Made by a program: the position numbers and the translations under genes. Shown piece by piece: positions 17,406 to 18,848 of a stretch of DNA of 18,848 bases. Source of the DNA: Methanomicrobiales archaeon (GTDB lineage Archaea > Halobacteriota > Methanomicrobia > Methanomicrobiales > Methanospirillaceae); the NCBI GenBank assembly GCA_037137755.1, contig JBAXJR010000043.1, positions 1-18,848 of the forward strand, in the 5' to 3' direction. How positions within the stretch are numbered: position 1 is the stretch's first letter; each line of letters starts with the position of its first letter. The notes below the pieces were generated by a model. That model saw only the letters and a list, made by a program, of their open reading frames with translations, was not told the origin of the DNA and did not search any database.

Positions 17406-17563
17406 ATTATCAGGTTGTATCAATAACAACAGGATTAGCTGCTATTTTCATGATTCTCTCAGGTTCGCCAATTGCTGCGGAAGGTCATGGGTTCTTCCCG
17501 GCAACGATGCAATTTTTTAAAATATCAAGTTGAGTGAGTGGAACATAGTCGTACCAAAAAAGG

Positions 17564-18848
17564 TTACCGATACCTCCCTTTTGGCACGGTCATCTCGAAC
17601 CGTGCTCCATTGCCTGGCTCACCGGTCTCGTGGATGGTGATGCCGGTAATAGAGAGAATCTCGCGGGAGAGGAACAAACCCATACCGGTGTTCTTACCGA
17701 AACCACGGTCGAAGATCTTCTCCTTCTCTTCAGCCGGTACACCGACGCCATCGTCCTCGCAGATAATGATAGGATCATCACTGGATTCCTCAACATAGAA
17801 CCGGATGGTCGTGATCTTCCCACCGTACCGCACTGCGTTGTCCATCAGATTATAAAATACTTTGATAATTAACGGGTCAGCAAACATTTCTGCGCCGGGG
17901 GGAAGATCCTTCAGCACTATGACTTGTCCAAGTGGGGCTTGCTTTGCCGCAGTATCCACGAGTGTAAGGCAGTCCTGCCAGAGAGGGGCCTTGACACCGA
18001 TGCTCTCGTATTCTTTAGTGAACTGGATCATAGACAAGATACGCTGAGCTGCGGCCGAAACCTTCCCGAAATACTCAGTGAGTGTAGGATCGGGCTGCTT
18101 CTTTTCAAGAATGGAGAGGTACCCCATCAGCACCGTCAGCTGGTTTTTGATATCATGGCGGGTGATACTGGAGAGGAGGGTGAGTTTTTTGTTCGCTGTA
18201 TGGAGCGCCTCTTCCGCCCGCTTGCGCTCGGTAATGTCCCGGATATTACCAAGAATTACCTGGCGATCATCGACCGTGATCCGGGTGAGATACACTTCAA
18301 CGTCAAAAACCGAACCATCTTTCGGGTGCCGGGCCTGCCAGGGGAATAACTGGTCATCTCCCGCGAGAGCCCGTTCCCAGTGTTCATGAGCCTCGTCCAT
18401 AGGGTTTGCCGGGCCGGTATAATCGGCAATCGTATACCCGAGTGCCTCTTCGCGGGTTACTTGGTATAACCGGAGCGTGGTGGCATTCACATCCAGAACC
18501 TTTCCCTCGGTATCGTGTATGAATACTGCATCGTACGAATGATCGAGGAATGCCCTGAACATATCCTTGGACTGCCGGATCTCCCGGCCTGCTGTTTTCA
18601 GCTGCTCTTCTGCCCGCTTGCGCTCGGCAACCTCCTTTTCCAGATTGGATTTGGACGTAAGCACGGCCTTTAAATTAGAAGCCATCGCAGTCATTGCGAA
18701 CGACAGGTTACCCAGTTCATCGTTGCTTCCGGTCTCAATTGTTGTATCCAGATCGCCAGATCCGATACGTCCGGCTCCTTTCTCCAGCGCAGCAATGGAC
18801 CTGAGCACAGAGCGGTTGATGAGGAGATAATTGAGCAGGACAAATATC
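17564..18848 (-). CDS. Membrane sensor histidine kinase, TM-HAMP-PAS-HK (5' end outside the window)
   Basis: Frame open to the window edge (IFVLLNYLLINRSVLRSI...); HAMP GDLD...DELGNLS; PAS; ITRHDIKNQL, YNLMDNAVRYG, GFGKNTGMGL. Confidence 0.94.
   Translation of the reverse strand, partial: IFVLLNYLLINRSVLRSIAALEKGAGRIGSGDLDTTIETGSNDELGNLSFAMTAMASNLKAVLTSKSNLEKEVAERKRAEEQLKTAGREIRQSKDMFRAFLDHSYDAVFIHDTEGKVLDVNATTLRLYQVTREEALGYTIADYTGPANPMDEAHEHWERALAGDDQLFPWQARHPKDGSVFDVEVYLTRITVDDRQVILGNIRDITERKRAEEALHTANKKLTLLSSITRHDIKNQLTVLMGYLSILEKKQPDPTLTEYFGKVSAAAQRILSMIQFTKEYESIGVKAPLWQDCLTLVDTAAKQAPLGQVIVLKDLPPGAEMFADPLIIKVFYNLMDNAVRYGGKITTIRFYVEESSDDPIIICEDDGVGVPAEEKEKIFDRGFGKNTGMGLFLSREILSITGITIHETGEPGNGARFEMTVPKGRYR

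Overview
Archaeal chromosomal window, most likely a Methanomicrobiales methanogen (pscS with a small upstream partner gene, Methanomicrobiales-style PAS kinases). 1-10.8 kb is mostly housekeeping and redox genes: 5' part of uvrA (absent from the ORF track), a 313-bp internally deleted IS701-like relic with both ends, a membrane protein, an MsrA-like protein with Ser at the catalytic Cys position, a phytoene-desaturase-family oxidoreductase, a Cys-rich V4R/ATC-hydrolase-like protein, SepCysSn-SepCysS, a SagB-type nitroreductase, a secreted surface-anchored protein with a superoxide-reductase-like His/His/His/Cys pattern, and an ornithine-decarboxylase-type PLP enzyme. 10.8-18.8 kb is a rearranged signalling island: a TAG-interrupted hypothetical gene, a cheY-like/cheC-like/PAS-kinase cassette bracketed by a ~75-bp direct repeat, a truncated REC-4xPAS gene, small membrane ORFs and a partial HAMP-PAS kinase. 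All family assignments come from motif recognition by eye; no searches were run.
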